DNA of 60,000 nt. Source: Mobula hypostoma (Eukaryota). The stretch is taken from positions 196,108,001 to 196,168,000 of the forward strand of contig NC_086097.1 in the NCBI RefSeq assembly GCF_963921235.1. Direction: 5' to 3'. Both the position numbers and the translations under genes were made by a program. The notes beneath the pieces are model-generated. The model did not search any database. It was not told where the DNA came from and worked only from the letters and a program-made list of their open reading frames with translations. Shown one piece after another: positions 36,825 through 50,090 of this stretch. Each line of letters begins with the position of its first letter. Position 1 is the stretch's first letter.

Positions 36825-39590
36825 TGTTGAACCACGGAGGGACTGTTGCAAACTCCCAGTCCCCAGTGACTGGATATTTCCGTCTCTGAGGCTGACATGA
36901 GAGCATCTTCAGGAAGATGAACCCACAGAAAGCATTTGTCCCAGATGGGGTACCTGGCTGAGTACTAAAGACCTTTGTTGATCAACTGGCTGGAGTGTTC
37001 ATTGATATCTTTATCCTCTTGCTTCGGCACTCTGGAGGTACCTACCTGCTTCAAGCAGATTTCCATTATACTGATGCCTAAGAGTGTGGTAACCTGCCGC
37101 AACGATTAAAATCCAGTAGCACTTACTGTACCTCCACAATGATGAAATGCTTTGTGGTTGGTGATAAAATATAGAGGTGGATACAATAGGGTCACTTAAG
37201 AGACTCTTGGATGGGTACATGGAGCTTAGAAAAATAGAGGGCTATGGATAACCCTAGGTAATTTCTAAAGTAAGTACATATTTGACACAGCATTGTGGGC
37301 TGAAGGGCCTGTATTGTGTCATAGATTTTCTATGTTTCTATATCATCTCCTTCAGGAGAAACAACTTGGATCTGCTCCAACTTGTCAATCATCTGACCAA
37401 GTCAACAGCAGATGTCATTTCACTGGCTCTTCACTGAACCTTGGAACATCAGGCAATAAAGATGAATACATCAGGATGCTCTTCATTGATTACAATCTGG
37501 AATTCAATATTATCATTGCCTCAAAAATAATCAATAAGCTTCATGATCTAGGCCTCAAGACCTCCTGGTGCAACTGGATCTTCTATTTCCTTATTTTCAG
37601 ACCCTAGTCATTTCGGATTGACAACAACATCTCTCCCATGATCTCCATCAGCAGAGGTCCCCCACAGGGCTGTGTGCTTAGCCCCTACTCTACTTACTTT
37701 ATACTTATGACAGTGAAGCTAGGCACAGCTCTTAACGATATATCCAAGTTTGCTGATGACACCACTGTCACAGGACGAATCGAAGGTAGTGATTAAATTA
37801 GTATTTAGGAGGGAGATTGTATGGGCACGTGGCCAGGTGGTTAAGGCATTGGACTAGTGACCTGAAGGTCATGAGTTCGAGCCCCAGCCGAGGGAACATG
37901 TTGTGTCCTTGAGCAAGGCACTTAATCACAAATTGCTCCGCGACGACACTGGTGCCAAGCTGTATGGGTCTTAATGCCCTTCCCTTGGACAACGTTGGTG
38001 TCGTGGAGAGGGGAGACCTGCAGCAAGGGCAACTGCTGATCTTCCATACAACCTTGCCCAGGCCTGTGCCCTGGAGAGTGAAGACTTTCCAGGCGCAGAT
38101 CCATGGTCTCGCAAGACTAATGGATGCCTTTACTCGGAGGGAGATTGAAAATCTGGTTGAGAGTGGTGCCACAACAACACCCTCTCACTCACTGTCAGGA
38201 AAACCAAGGAGCTGTTTATTGACTTCAGGAGGAAACCAGAGGTCCTGTATTCATCAGGAGATCAGAGGTAGAGAGGGTCAGGAACTTTAAATTCCTTTGT
38301 GTTATCATTTCAGAGGATCTGGTTTATCACTTAAAACACCCAAAAACTTCCACAGATGTACCATGGAGAGCATTCTGGCTGGCTGCATCACCGTCTGATA
38401 TGGGGAGCAACAGTGGATGGAGTGTGGGTTACAGCACAGGATTGAAGGAAACTGCAGAGAGTGGTAAAACTAGCCAGCTCCATCTTGGGCACTAGCCTCT
38501 GTAGTATCCAAGGCACCTTCAAGGAGTGATGCCTCAGAAATGCGGTGTCCATCATTAAGACCCCCGCCATCCAGGACATGCCCTCTCCTCATTGTCACCA
38601 TCAGGTGGGAGGTACAGAAACCTGAAAGCACACACTCAGTGATTCAGGGACAGCTTCTTCCCCTCTGCCATCTGATTCCTAAATAGACATTAAACCCATG
38701 AACACTACCTCACTACTTCTTTTAATTTCTGTTTTTGCACTAGTTATTTTAACTATTTAATATATAATTCAATTTTTTTCTATGTTTATCATGTCTTGCA
38801 TTGTATTGTTGCCGCAAAGTTAACAAATTTCACGACATATGCCAGTGATATTAAACCTGATTCTGATTCAGATCTCTCCTGGTCCAGCACGTAAAAGCTA
38901 TTATGAAGAAAGCATGGCAGTGCCTCTACTTAAAAGTTTGCAAAGATTTGGCATATCATCTAAGACTTGACAAACCTTTATAGACGTGCAGTGGAGAGTA
39001 TATCGACTGGCTACATCAGAGTATGGTACGGAAACACAACTGCCCTTGGACAGAAAACCCTACAAGAAGTGATGGATATGGCAGAGTCCATCATGGGTAA
39101 AGCCGTCCCCACCACTGAGCACATCTATATGGAGTATTGTCGCAGAAAAGCAGTATCCATCATCAAGGTCCCCCACCATCCGGCCATACTGTCTTCTTGC
39201 TGCTGCCATCAGGAAGGAGTTCAGAAGCCTCAGGATCCACACCAGCAGTTATTACTCCTCAACCACCAGGATTTTGAACCATAGTGGATTACTTCACTCA
39301 ACTCACTCACCCAATCACTGAACTGTTCTCAGAACCTATGGACTCCCTTTCAAGGACCCTTCATCTTATGTTCTCCATACTTACTGTTTATTTATTATCT
39401 TTTTCTTTTTTTGTATTTGCAGAATTTGTCGTCTTTAGTACATTGGTTGCTTGTCCATCACATTGTGTGTAATTTTTCATTAAATCTATTGTGTGTCTTG
39501 TATGCATTTACTATGAATCCCCACAAGAAAATGCATCACTGGATTATACACAGTAAATCTATAATCAAAGTAAATTTACTTTGAAGTTTG
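36825..39590 (+). mobile_element. Degenerate Rex1/Babar LINE hosting a CR1 tail (about 37170-37340), a SINE and a second Rex fragment (about 38320-38870)
   Basis: IRMLFIDYN..FNII, PQGCVLS and KFADDTTV remnants; aaatttactttgaagtttgaa tail at about 39590. Confidence 0.85.
37820..38135 (+). mobile_element. Full-length tRNA-derived SINE with 12-bp TSD
   Basis: A box TGGCCAGGTGG, B box GAGTTCGAGCC, and a perfect GGAGGGAGATTG duplication at 37808-37819 and 38136-38147. Confidence 0.9.
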
Positions 39591-39914
39591 AATTTATGTT
39601 GCTTCTGGCTGTTACAAATGAACTGCATCAATACTCAATTTGGATGATTAAAGATACTTCATAGGAAATGAAAAGGGTTGTGTTTAAGTCTAGCTAACCA
39701 TTAGGCATGGAACTGGGAACTCATTGTCGTAGAAGCACAGAGTTAGAAGTTGGATGTTTTTAAATGCTCCAATCTCAAAGGAACTTGGAGAACAACAACA
39801 GCAGAAAACGAGGAGAAGAAGGTGAGCTATTTGTAGTTACACAGTATGGTAGACTCACTTGATGTGTTTTGGGTTATTATACAATTTTATTTTAAGTAGC
39901 TACTGAACAAGAAT

Positions 39915-40790
39915 ATGAATCAGATTCAAGTTTATTGTTATTGACACAAGTTGTGAAATTTTTTGCTTTATCGCAGCTGTATAGTGCAGGTATTACAAAC
40001 CACTGTAAGCACGATGTCTCCTTACATGCTTTCCATCCATGCTGGGTTGAGTGTTGAGCTAGCAACTCGGCATTGTAAAAAAAAAAATGGACAAAAATGC
40101 TAAAGGAATAGCAAGGTTGCCACCCAATGTGCCACAAGGCTCTGAAAGAGAAAACAACAGTAGGTTGAAATTAATAAGTAGTACTAAAGAAGAATACCAA
40201 AGTTGTGTTCGTGGGCCGTTCAGAAATCTGATGGTGGAGGGGAAGAAACTGTTTCAAAATGTTGAATTTGGGTCTTCAGGCTCCTGAACTTTTTGACTGA
40301 TGGTAATAATGAGAAGAGTGCATATTCCAATAGTGAAAGTCCATGATGGATGCTGCTTTCTGGAGGCATCACCTGTTGCAGATGTCCCCTGTGGGGAGGG
40401 TTGTGCCCGTGATGGAGCTGCCTGAGTCTACAACCCTTTGAAGCCTCTTACAATCCTTTGCATTGGTACCCCCATACCAGACATTAATGCAACCAATCAG
40501 AATGCTCTCCAGAGAATAACTGTTGAAATTTGCTGAAGTATTTGGTGACATCCCAAATCTCAAACTCCAAACAAAGTATAGCAACTGGTATGCCTTTGCT
40601 GTGATTACACCAATATGGTAGAGCTAGGATAGATCCTCTGAGATATTAACTTTGAAGCACTTGAATCTGCTCACTCTTTCCACCACCAACCCCTCAATGA
40701 GGATTGGTGCTTGTTCTCTAGACTTCCCAATCCTGAAGTCTACAATTGATTGTTTGGTCTTGCTGACATTGAGTTGTTATTGCGACACCA
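39915..40790 (-). mobile_element. Rex1/Babar LINE 3' fragment
   Basis: ORF 40369-40584 ESILIGCINVWYG...LQRVV; gaatcagattc tail. Confidence 0.8.
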
Positions 40791-41229
40791 ACGGAGATGC
40801 GATGGTCGTTGGTTTCTTAAAGATAGTTTGAAAATCCTAAAGTTGGGATGTGCAATAGCTGAATTAAATGGCAGGGCACTAATTATTCCAAAACTGGTTA
40901 CAATGACCATCTTTTTCACTGGATCAGTAATAGAATGGCGATGGTGGGAGATGTGCTCAATTTTCTCAATATTCATCCATTGAAGTTATAGAGAATGAGC
41001 AGATTGTCTACTAAAATTTATTCCCCCCCCCCCATTTGGTTCTTTTTAGTTCCCATAACCAGTAAAACATTAAATTGCCAAAGTTCACACCTCATTATTC
41101 GGAAAGCTGATATTACATTCAATTAGTCAGTTCATTACATTACAATAAAAAAAACAATATTTTTTGTTCCTGTAAGGTACAATATAATAGAAATAAATCC
41201 CAGTAATTTACCCAAGAAATAATCCAACA

Positions 41230-41610
41230 TTAAGAACCCCTATCACCCAGATCATGCCTTGTTCTCATTGCTACCATTAGGAGCCCGAAGACACTCACTC
41301 AGTGATTCAGGAACAGCTTCTTCCCAACTGCCATTTGATTTCTGAATGGACATTGGACCTGTGAACACTACCTCAGTACTTTTTTTTCCCCACTATTTTT
41401 GCACCATTTATTTAATTTAACTGATTATATATATATACACACACACACATATATATATATATACATACACACACTCAGCATAACTCAGTTTTTTCCTCTA
41501 TTATTATGTATTGCATTGTGCTGCTGCTGAGAAGTCAACAGTACAATGTTGACTGTAATATCACTGCCATGACACATGCCGGTGATATCAAACCTGATTC
41601 TGATTCTGGT
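41230..41610 (+). mobile_element. Rex1/Babar 3' end containing a (TA)n(CA)n microsatellite at about 41425-41473
   Basis: ttcaggaacagcttcttccc (FRNSFFP) and an aaacctgattctgattctg tail. Confidence 0.8.
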
Positions 41611-41989
41611 AGAACTTCTCTAGCAGATTTTTCATTTGTATATTTCAACATATTATATAAACTGTTGAAACTTCAAGTGTTACAACTGTGTAGCAGAAGC
41701 ACTAACTGTTTGTTACATTATGGTTCTTGATTCCACCACCCAGGAGAAAAAACTGTAAGATACCCCCTTCAATCTTCTACACTTCAATGTAAAAGGATCC
41801 CAACCTAGGCAAGCACTGTGCATAATTTAGTCCCTTGAACCTATCCCCGCAAATCTCCTTTGCACCCTTTCCAGCTTAATGTCATTTTTCCCACTGCAGG
41901 GTGACCAAGATTGAGCATGCAATGAATCTTAATTCATTGAATATAAATTGGAATGGTTTATTTCTGTATTTTGCTTGTCAGGGAAAGGG

Positions 41990-42280
41990 GCGCCATGGTG
42001 GCATAACAGTTGGTGCGATGCCACTATAGCTCGGGCCATTGGAGTTATGAGTTCAATGCTAGCGTCCTCTATAAGGAATTTGTACGTCCCTGCCGTCGAA
42101 TGCGTGGGTTTTCTCTGGGTGCTCTGATTTCCTCCCACGGCCCAAAGATATACCAGTTAGCAGGTTAATTGGTCATTGTATTGTAAATTGTCCTGTGATT
42201 AGGCTAAGGTTAAATCTGGGGGTGCTGGGTGGTGCGGTCAAGAGGCCAGAAGGGCCTATTCTACACTGTATCCCTAAATA
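41990..42280 (+). mobile_element. V-SINE
   Basis: tRNA-like head and V-domain gcgtgggttttctctgggtgctctgatttcctcccac. Confidence 0.8.
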
Positions 42281-43009
42281 GAAATGGCAGAGCAATTTGG
42301 TCTTTTTCTTATTTATAATAAATACAGCCTTCAACATCAGCCCTTTGTCTGGTCTACCCGCTAAAAATTCTGCTTCATCTGCAGACAACAGGCACTTCAT
42401 CAGCAAAGGAAGAGAGCAGAAATACCAGAAACACTGTCTGTAGTCCATATTCATGCACACAGAGTCCTTTGAATTATCTCAGCCACATTAGCAGAGTTTT
42501 CTCAGTAGGGGAAATGTATTAAAATTAGAAAGCTAATACCTGATACCAGACAAGCCAAAGACTTTACCGGGAACACCAGATAAAATTCATCTATGTTGAA
42601 GAAAGTACTGCAGTTGAAATACTACCTGGTGAAGATAATAATTGATGCACCACAAAGGAACAAAACTATTACAGAATTTCCATGTATGAATACTGTATCT
42701 GAAATTTTGTATCTATTACAAATTTCAGAGTTCTCTTTAGTGTAATCTATAATGCTGGAACCTGTTTATAAGGACTAAGGATTCTATGTTTTTATTCATT
42801 CATGTATCTCCACGACAGTTTTGCAAATATTGATATGAAGTTAATTTCCTAAATGTACTTGCTTACAGAAATGGTGAGCACAGTATACAGCAATAGAATT
42901 CTGTATATTCTGGATTTGAGGGGTGAAGAGAAATTCAAAGGTAAAAATGAGCACATGAGCAAAATTTAAGGTGTGGTATGGAGTGAAGATATCTGCTGGT
43001 GATGCCACA

Positions 43010-43175
43010 ATCATCAGTATTATTAAAACGGGTCATTATTACATTGTTATTGTGGAAATTTGTAACCACATTACCTGTCCCTTCCACATTTCATGAATGA
43101 TTACATTTCAAAAGTACTTTTTTTAGTTGTGAAGTAGTTTGAATTGTTGTGGGTTGTGGTGAAAAGTATTTCCAA
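43010..43175 (+). mobile_element. Ancient DeuSINE-like (SacSINE1/AmnSINE-type) 3' remnant
   Basis: ggtcattattacattgttattgtgg...gattacatttcaaaagtactt...ttgtgaag resembles the recalled 3' region of these SINEs. Confidence 0.45.
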
Positions 43176-43701
43176 GGAGCTGGATAAATCCAAGCAGCAC
43201 ACAGCGTACTAAAAAGATCAGGTGATAAAAGAATTTTTGTGTCCCATGTTATACTGATATGTAGGGTAGCATTAGTGAGCTTTACTTCCATGTGTTAGAG
43301 CTAAAACACATAGTCATAAAAGTAACTAGTATTGCAATAACTTACATCTGCATACAGATTGTCAATATATTGTAACGGTGCCAAAATTCATCTTATGTGC
43401 TACCAGCTCCCTGCTTTACATCACAAATATAGATGAAAGTTCGAAGATCTCAGCTGAGCAACCTCACTCATTTGACTTCATCATCTACTTGACACCACAT
43501 GTTGTACACATTTAATTACTTTGTAGGACAGATTCTTTGCAGTGCATGCCTATGATTTTATGACAATAGCAGGAAACAGCTAAAGGGTTGTGCTACCGTG
43601 ATATATGTGGAAATTTAGAACATAATAATCAGTTTTCTAAAAAATTATGTATCTGGACCTCATACCATTGACATCTGTTGGAAGGGTTATAAAAACATAT
43701 T

Positions 43702-43906
43702 CAGTACTGCGCGTAAGTTTTAGGCACATAAGGTGGTGCTAAAAAGTTTGTGAACCCTGGAGAATTTTCTCTATTTATTTTCTCATAAATATGACCTAAA
43801 ATGTGATCAGATCTTCACACAAGTCTTAAAACTAGATAAAGAGAACCCAATTAAATAATTAACACAAACACATCGCTAGGGTGCCTAAGACTTTTGCACA
43901 GTACTG
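43702..43906. mobile_element. Tc1-type mini-MITE (26-bp TIRs) carrying a 140-bp Tc1 terminal fragment
   Basis: cagtactgcgcgtaagttttaggcac ... gtgcctaagacttttgcacagtactg; the internal sequence ggtggtgctaaaaagtttgtgaaccc is Tc1 TIR-like. Confidence 0.7.
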
Positions 43907-44302
43907 TGCAATTTTATATATTGCACTGTACTGCTGCCGCAAAAAAAAAAGAATCACAGTATATGCAAGTGATGATAAACCTGATTCTGATATGGGTATT
44001 TATTGTGAACTGAGTGAGAAAGGGGCAGGAAGAGAGGAATCATGTTTGGGAAAAGGGGAAGGGAGAGGGAAGCACCTGAGAGACATTTTGTAATGATCAA
44101 TAAACCAATTGTTTGGAATCAAATGACCTTGTCTGGTGTCTCAGGGCTGGGTAAATCTGCACCCATGCCACCCTTCACCCCTGGAACTCCTTCTCTGCCA
44201 CCTGAACCACACCCATTCTGCAGAGCTCCACTATCGCCTTTCCCAACATCCTTTACTCCTGCCAGATTTACAAACTAGGTCTCTGCTCCATGTTGACGTA
44301 TA

Positions 44303-45858
44303 CAGTACTGTGCAGAAGTCTCAGGCACCCTTGCTATATATGTAGTATTCAACCCCCTTGGAAATTTTCATATGTTATTGTTTTACAACATTATAACAGT
44401 GGATTTAATTTGGCTTTTCTTGACACTGATCAACAGAAAGATGATTTTGTGTCAAAATGAAAACATCTCTATAAAGTGATCTAAATTAATTACAAAGATA
44501 AAACACAAAATTATAGATTGCTTCAGTATTCACCCCCTTTAATATGACTCACCAAATCATCACTGGTGCAGCCAACTGGTTTTAGAAGTCACATAATTAG
44601 TTAAATGGAGATCACCATGTGCAGTCAAGGTGTTTCAATTGATTGTAGTAAAAATACACCTGTTTTTGGAACGTCCAGCTGCTGGTGAGTCAGTATCCTG
44701 GCAAAAACCACACCATGAAGACAAAAAAAAAACATTCTGAGCAACTCCGTGAAAAGGTTATTGGAAAAATTTGCTTACATCAGGCAGTTCTCAAAAACTG
44801 GGTGACCATGCAAGAAGGAGACTAGTGAAGGAGGCCATCAAGAGATCTATGACAGCTCTGGAGGAGTTATAAGTTTCAATGACTGAGATGAGAGAAACTG
44901 CTCATACAACAGCTGTTGCCCGGGTGCTTCACCAGTCGCAGTTTTATGGGAGCGTGGCAAAGAGAAAGCCACTGTTGAAAAAAACTCACATGAAATCTCA
45001 GCTAGAGTTTGCCAGAAGGCATGTGGGAGACTCTGAAGTTAGCTGAAAGAAGATTCTATGGTCTGATGAAATCAAAATTGAGCTTTTTAGCCATCAGACT
45101 AAACGCAATGTTTGGCATTAGCCAAACGCCTCACATCATCAAAAACACACCATCCCTACCATGAAGCATGATGGTGGCTATATCATTCTTTTGGGATACT
45201 TCACTGCACCAGGCCCTGGAAGGCCTGTGAAGGTAGAAGGTAATATGAATGCAGCAAAATACAGAGAGATCCTGGAGGAAAACCTGAAGCAGTCTGCAAA
45301 AGAACTGCAACTTCGAAGAAGATTTGTTTTCCAGCAAGACAATAACCCCCAAGCATAAAGCCAAATCTACACAGGACTGGCTTAAAAATAACAAAGTTAA
45401 TGTCCAGGAGTGGCCAAGTCAGAGTCCAGACCTCAATGAAATTGCAAATTTATGGCTGGACTTGAAAGGGGCTGTTCACTCATGATCCCCATGCAATCTG
45501 ACAGAGCTTGGGCAGTTTTGTAAAGAAGAATGGGGAAAACTTGTAGTGTCCAGATGTGCAAAGCTGATAGAGACCTATCCACACAGACTCAAGGCTGTAA
45601 TTGCTGCCAAAGGTGCATCTACTAAATACGGACTTGAAGAGGGTGTAATTATGCAATCAATTATTTCGTATTTAATAATTGTCATAAACTTAGATTTGTT
45701 TTAACTTTGACACAAAAGAGTCTTTCTTTCTGTTGATCAGTGTCAAAAAAGCTAAATGAAATCCACTGTAATTCAATGTTATAAGACATGAAAACTTCCA
45801 AAGGGGGTAAATAACTTTTATAGACACTGTATGTGCTTAAGACTCTTGCACAGTCCTG
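44303..45858. mobile_element. Second mini-MITE (TA-flanked, 26-bp TIRs) enclosing a Tc1 transposon
   Basis: TA|cagtactgtgcagaagtctcaggcac ... gtgcttaagactcttgcacagtcctg|TA. Confidence 0.8.
44344..45829 (+). mobile_element. Tc1/mariner IR/DR-type transposon with pseudogenised transposase
   Basis: About 200-bp inverted repeats with an agtattca(a)ccccc direct repeat; transposase remnants WSDE (about 45060), [22 protein letters not shown] and KGASTKY; right end CACTG|TA. Confidence 0.9.
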
Positions 45859-46774
45859 TAAGATAGTCATTACATATGTTCACCAGAGATCCAGAAACCA
45901 AAGCTGTAATATTAGGCATTTGGTCCCACTTTATAGTTTTTTTAAAATCATCCTTGTGGTAACAGAGTTCACACAAACAACAGTAGCCAAAACATAGCAT
46001 TCTTGTTGCTGACGATGTTGCTGTTAATTTTATAATCAGTGATACGCTCCTTGTCCAGTGAACTACTATTCTGTCTCATATCAACAGTGGACAAACATAT
46101 TGCAATCATTTTAAGTCCCAGTGACAATATCTTAGACAAATAATAATGTATCTAAAGGAACCATAAGCCAGAAAACACATTGTTTATATTTATACACTGT
46201 AATGTTTTCTCATGATAAAATATCTAAAGTTCTTTACATAACTTTTTTTTCAACAAAAACTTTTTATCATCATAGTCCCATGATTTGATGTTCAAATGAA
46301 GAGACAACTTACAGAAAGATGGAAGAACAGATGAGTTTCCATGAGAGAAGATCTGTTCCCACTCATCTGTACCTACAGATCAGCAGTTGGAGCAAAATAT
46401 CCTAACAAATGCCGCTAGTGCAGGCCCATTGTTTTAAACGAAGCTGCAACAGCAAATCCCATCATGCTATTGACACTTACTTTACATACTCTTATAGTTC
46501 AATATGTTGCAATTGATTAAAAGACGACTTGATTTAGAAAGAACTTGGCTTTTGTGTGCATTTCCATATTTTTCTGATGATGTTTTTTGCTATCACTGTG
46601 GATATACTAATATCAGCATGGTTTTTAATTCAACTTTTGTTTATCTTTAACCATTTGCAGATACTCTGCATGCTCTGTAAAAGTAATTTTACTTCAATGA
46701 AGAATGTGTTATGTGTTAGCATGTATTCATTGTGGATCCAATTCTGTGAACAGTTAGAGAAGCCTTAAATTCCA

Positions 46775-49700
46775 TCAGACCACAAGATGTAGGAGCAGAA
46801 TTAAGACATTTGGCTCATCACGTCTGCTCTACCACTTCATTATGTCCGACCCCATTTTCCTCTCAGCTCAATCTTCTGCCTTCTCACTGTATCCCTTCAT
46901 GCCCCGACCGATCAAAAATCCATCAACCTCTGCTTTAAATATACAAAAAGACTTGGCCTCCACAGCTGCCTGTGACAAACAATTCCACAGATCCAGCACT
47001 CTACGGCTAAAGACATTCCGTAGACCATAAGACATAGGAGCAGAATTAGGTCATCTGGCCCATCGAATCTGCTCTGCCATTCAATCATGGCTGATGCATT
47101 TTTAAAATCTCCTCAACCTCAGTTCCCGGCCTTCTCCCTGTAACCTTTGATGCCATGTCTAATCAAGAACCTATCAATCTCTGCCTTAAATACACCTAAC
47201 GATCTGACCTCCACAGCAATAAGTGGCAACAAATTCCACAAATTCACCATTCTTTGGCTAAAGAAATTTCTCCGCATCTCTGTTTTGAAAGGGCGCACCT
47301 CTACCCTGAGGCTGTGCCCTCTTGTCCTAGACTCTCCCACTATGGGAAACATCCTTTCCACATCTACTTTGTCTTGGCCTTTCAACATTCGAAGGGTTTC
47401 AATGAGATCTCCCCTCATCCTTCTGAATTCCAGCGAGTACAGACCCAGAGCCATCAAATGTTACTCGTATGATAACCCTGTCATTCCTGGACTCATCCTT
47501 GGAAACCTCCTCTGGACCCTCTCCAATTCCAGCACATCTTTTCTAAGATGAGGGGCCCAAACCTGTTCACAATACTCAAGGTGAGGCCTCGCCAGTGCCT
47601 TATAAAGCCTCAGCATCACATCCCTGCTCTTGTATTCTAGACCTCTAGAAATGAATGATAACATGGCATTTGGCTTCTTCAGCACCCACTCAATCTGCAA
47701 GTTAACCTTCAGGGTGTTCTGCACAAGGACTCCTAAGTCCCTCTATATCTCAGATTTCTGGATTTTCTCCCCGTTTAGAAAATAGTCCGCACATTTATTT
47801 CTACAACCAAAGTGCATGACCATGCATTTTCCAACATGGTATTTCATTTGCCACTTTCTTACCAATTCCCCAAATCAGTCCAAGTCTTTCTGTATCCTAC
47901 CCATTTTCTCAATACTAGCTGCCCCTCCAACATTTTTCATATCATCTGCAAACTTGGCAACAAAGCCATCTATTCCATCATCTAAATCATTGATATACAG
48001 CATAAAAAGAAGTGGTCCCAACACCGAGCCCTGTAGAACACCACGTCACTGGCAGCCCACCAGAAAGAGATCTTTTTATTCCCACTCATTGCATCCTACC
48101 AATCAGCCAATGCTCTAACCATGTCAGTAACCTTCCTGTAATACAATGGGCTCTTAACTTGGTAAGCAGCCTCATGTGTGGCACCTTGTCACAGGCCTTC
48201 TGAAAGTCCAAATATACAACATCCACTGCATCTCCTTTATTTATCCTACTTGTAACCTCCTCAAAGAATTCCAACAGGCTCATCAGGCAGGATTTTCCCT
48301 GAAGGAAACATTGATGACTTTGTATTATCTTGTCCTGTGTCACTAAGTACTCCATCACCTCATCCTTAACAATTGATTCTAACATCTTTCCAACCACTGA
48401 GGTCAGGCTAACTGGTCTATAATCTCCTTTCTGCTGCCTTCCTCCTTTCTTAAAGAGTGGAGTAACATTTGCAATTTTCCAGACCTCTGGCACTATGCCA
48501 GAGTCCAATTATTTTTGGAAGATCATTTCTAATGCCTACACAATATCTAATGCTACCTCTTTCAGAACCCTAGGGTGCAGTTCTTCAGGTCTGGGTGACT
48601 TATGTACCTTGAGGTCTTTCAGCTTTGAGTACCTTCCCTCTTGTAACAGTAATTGCACCCACTTTTCTTCCTTCACACACTACAACATCAGGCATTCTGC
48701 TAGTGTCTTCCACAGTGAAGAATGACGCAAAATACTCATTTAGTTTAGCAGCCATCTCCTTGTCCCTCATTATTATTTCTCCTGCCTCATTTTCTAGCAG
48801 TTCTATATCCACACTCATTTCTCTTTTATTTTTACATAGAAACAGAGAACCTACAGCACAATATAGGCCTTTCGGCCCACAATACTCTGCCGAACGTATA
48901 CTTACTTCAGAAATAACCTAGGGTTACTCATAGCCCTCTATTTGTCTAAGCTTCATGTACTTATCCAGGAATCCATTCCATGCCCTCACTACTCTCCACG
49001 TAAAAAAACTTACCCCTGACATCTCCTCTGTGCCTACTTCCAAGCACCTTCAAACTGTGCCCTCTCATGCTAGCCAGTTCAGCCCTGGGAAAGAGCCTCT
49101 GACTATCCACACAATCAATACCTCTCATCATCTTGTTCATTTCTATCAGGTCTCCTCTCATCCTCCACCACTCCAAGGAGAAAAGACCAAGTTCATTCAA
49201 CCTATTCTTAGAAGACATGCACCCCAATCAAGGCAACATCCTTGTAAATCTCCTCTGCACCCTTTATACAATTTCCACATCCTTCCTGTAGCGAGGTGAC
49301 CAGAACTGAGCACAGTACTCCATGGGGTCTGACCAGGGTCCTATATAGTTGTAACATTACCTCTTGGCTCTTAAACTCAATCCCTGGTTGTTGAAAGCCA
49401 ATGCAGTGTATGCCTTCTTAACCACAGAGTAAACTGCACAACAGCTTTGTGAGTCCTCTGGACTCAGATCCCAAAGATCCCCCTGATCCTCCACACTGCC
49501 AAGAGTCTTACCATTAATACTCTATTCTGCCATCATATTTGACCTACCAGAATGAACCACCTCACACTTATCTGGGTTGACCTCCATCTGCCACTTCTCA
49601 GCCCAGTTTTGCATCCTATCAATGTCCCGCTGTAACCTATGACAGCACTCCACATTATCCACAACACCCCCAACCTTTGTGTCATCAGTAAATTTACTAA

Positions 49701-50090
49701 CCTATCCCTCCACTTCCTCATCCAGGTCATTTATAAAAATCAGAAAGAGAAAGGGTCCCAGAACAGATCCCTGAGGCACTCCACTGGTCACTGATCTTGA
49801 TGCAGAATGTAACCTGTCTACAACCACCCTTTGCCTTCTGTGGGCAAGCCAATTCTCGATCCACAAAGCAAGGTCCCCTTGGATTCCATGCCTCCTTACT
49901 TTCTCAATAAGCCTTACATGGGGTACCTTATCAAACGCCTTGCTAAAATCCATATACACTGCATCTACTGCTCTACCTTCATCGATGTGTTTAGTCACAT
50001 CCTCAAAAAAATTCAATCAGGCTCGTAAGGCACAACCTGTTTTTCACAAAGCCATGCTGACTATTCCTAATCATATTATGCCTCTGCTGC
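46775..50090 (-). mobile_element. Stack of three co-oriented CR1 fragments (46775-47020, 47021-48835, 48836-50090)
   Basis: Three separate 3' tails; RT ORF pieces 47119-47457, 47461-47724, 48086-48508, 48961-49227 and 49702-50016. Confidence 0.9.

Noticed and set aside
37820..37895. tRNA gene
   Set aside because: A and B boxes continue into a SINE body with a TSD and a second copy elsewhere; it is a SINE head, not a tRNA.
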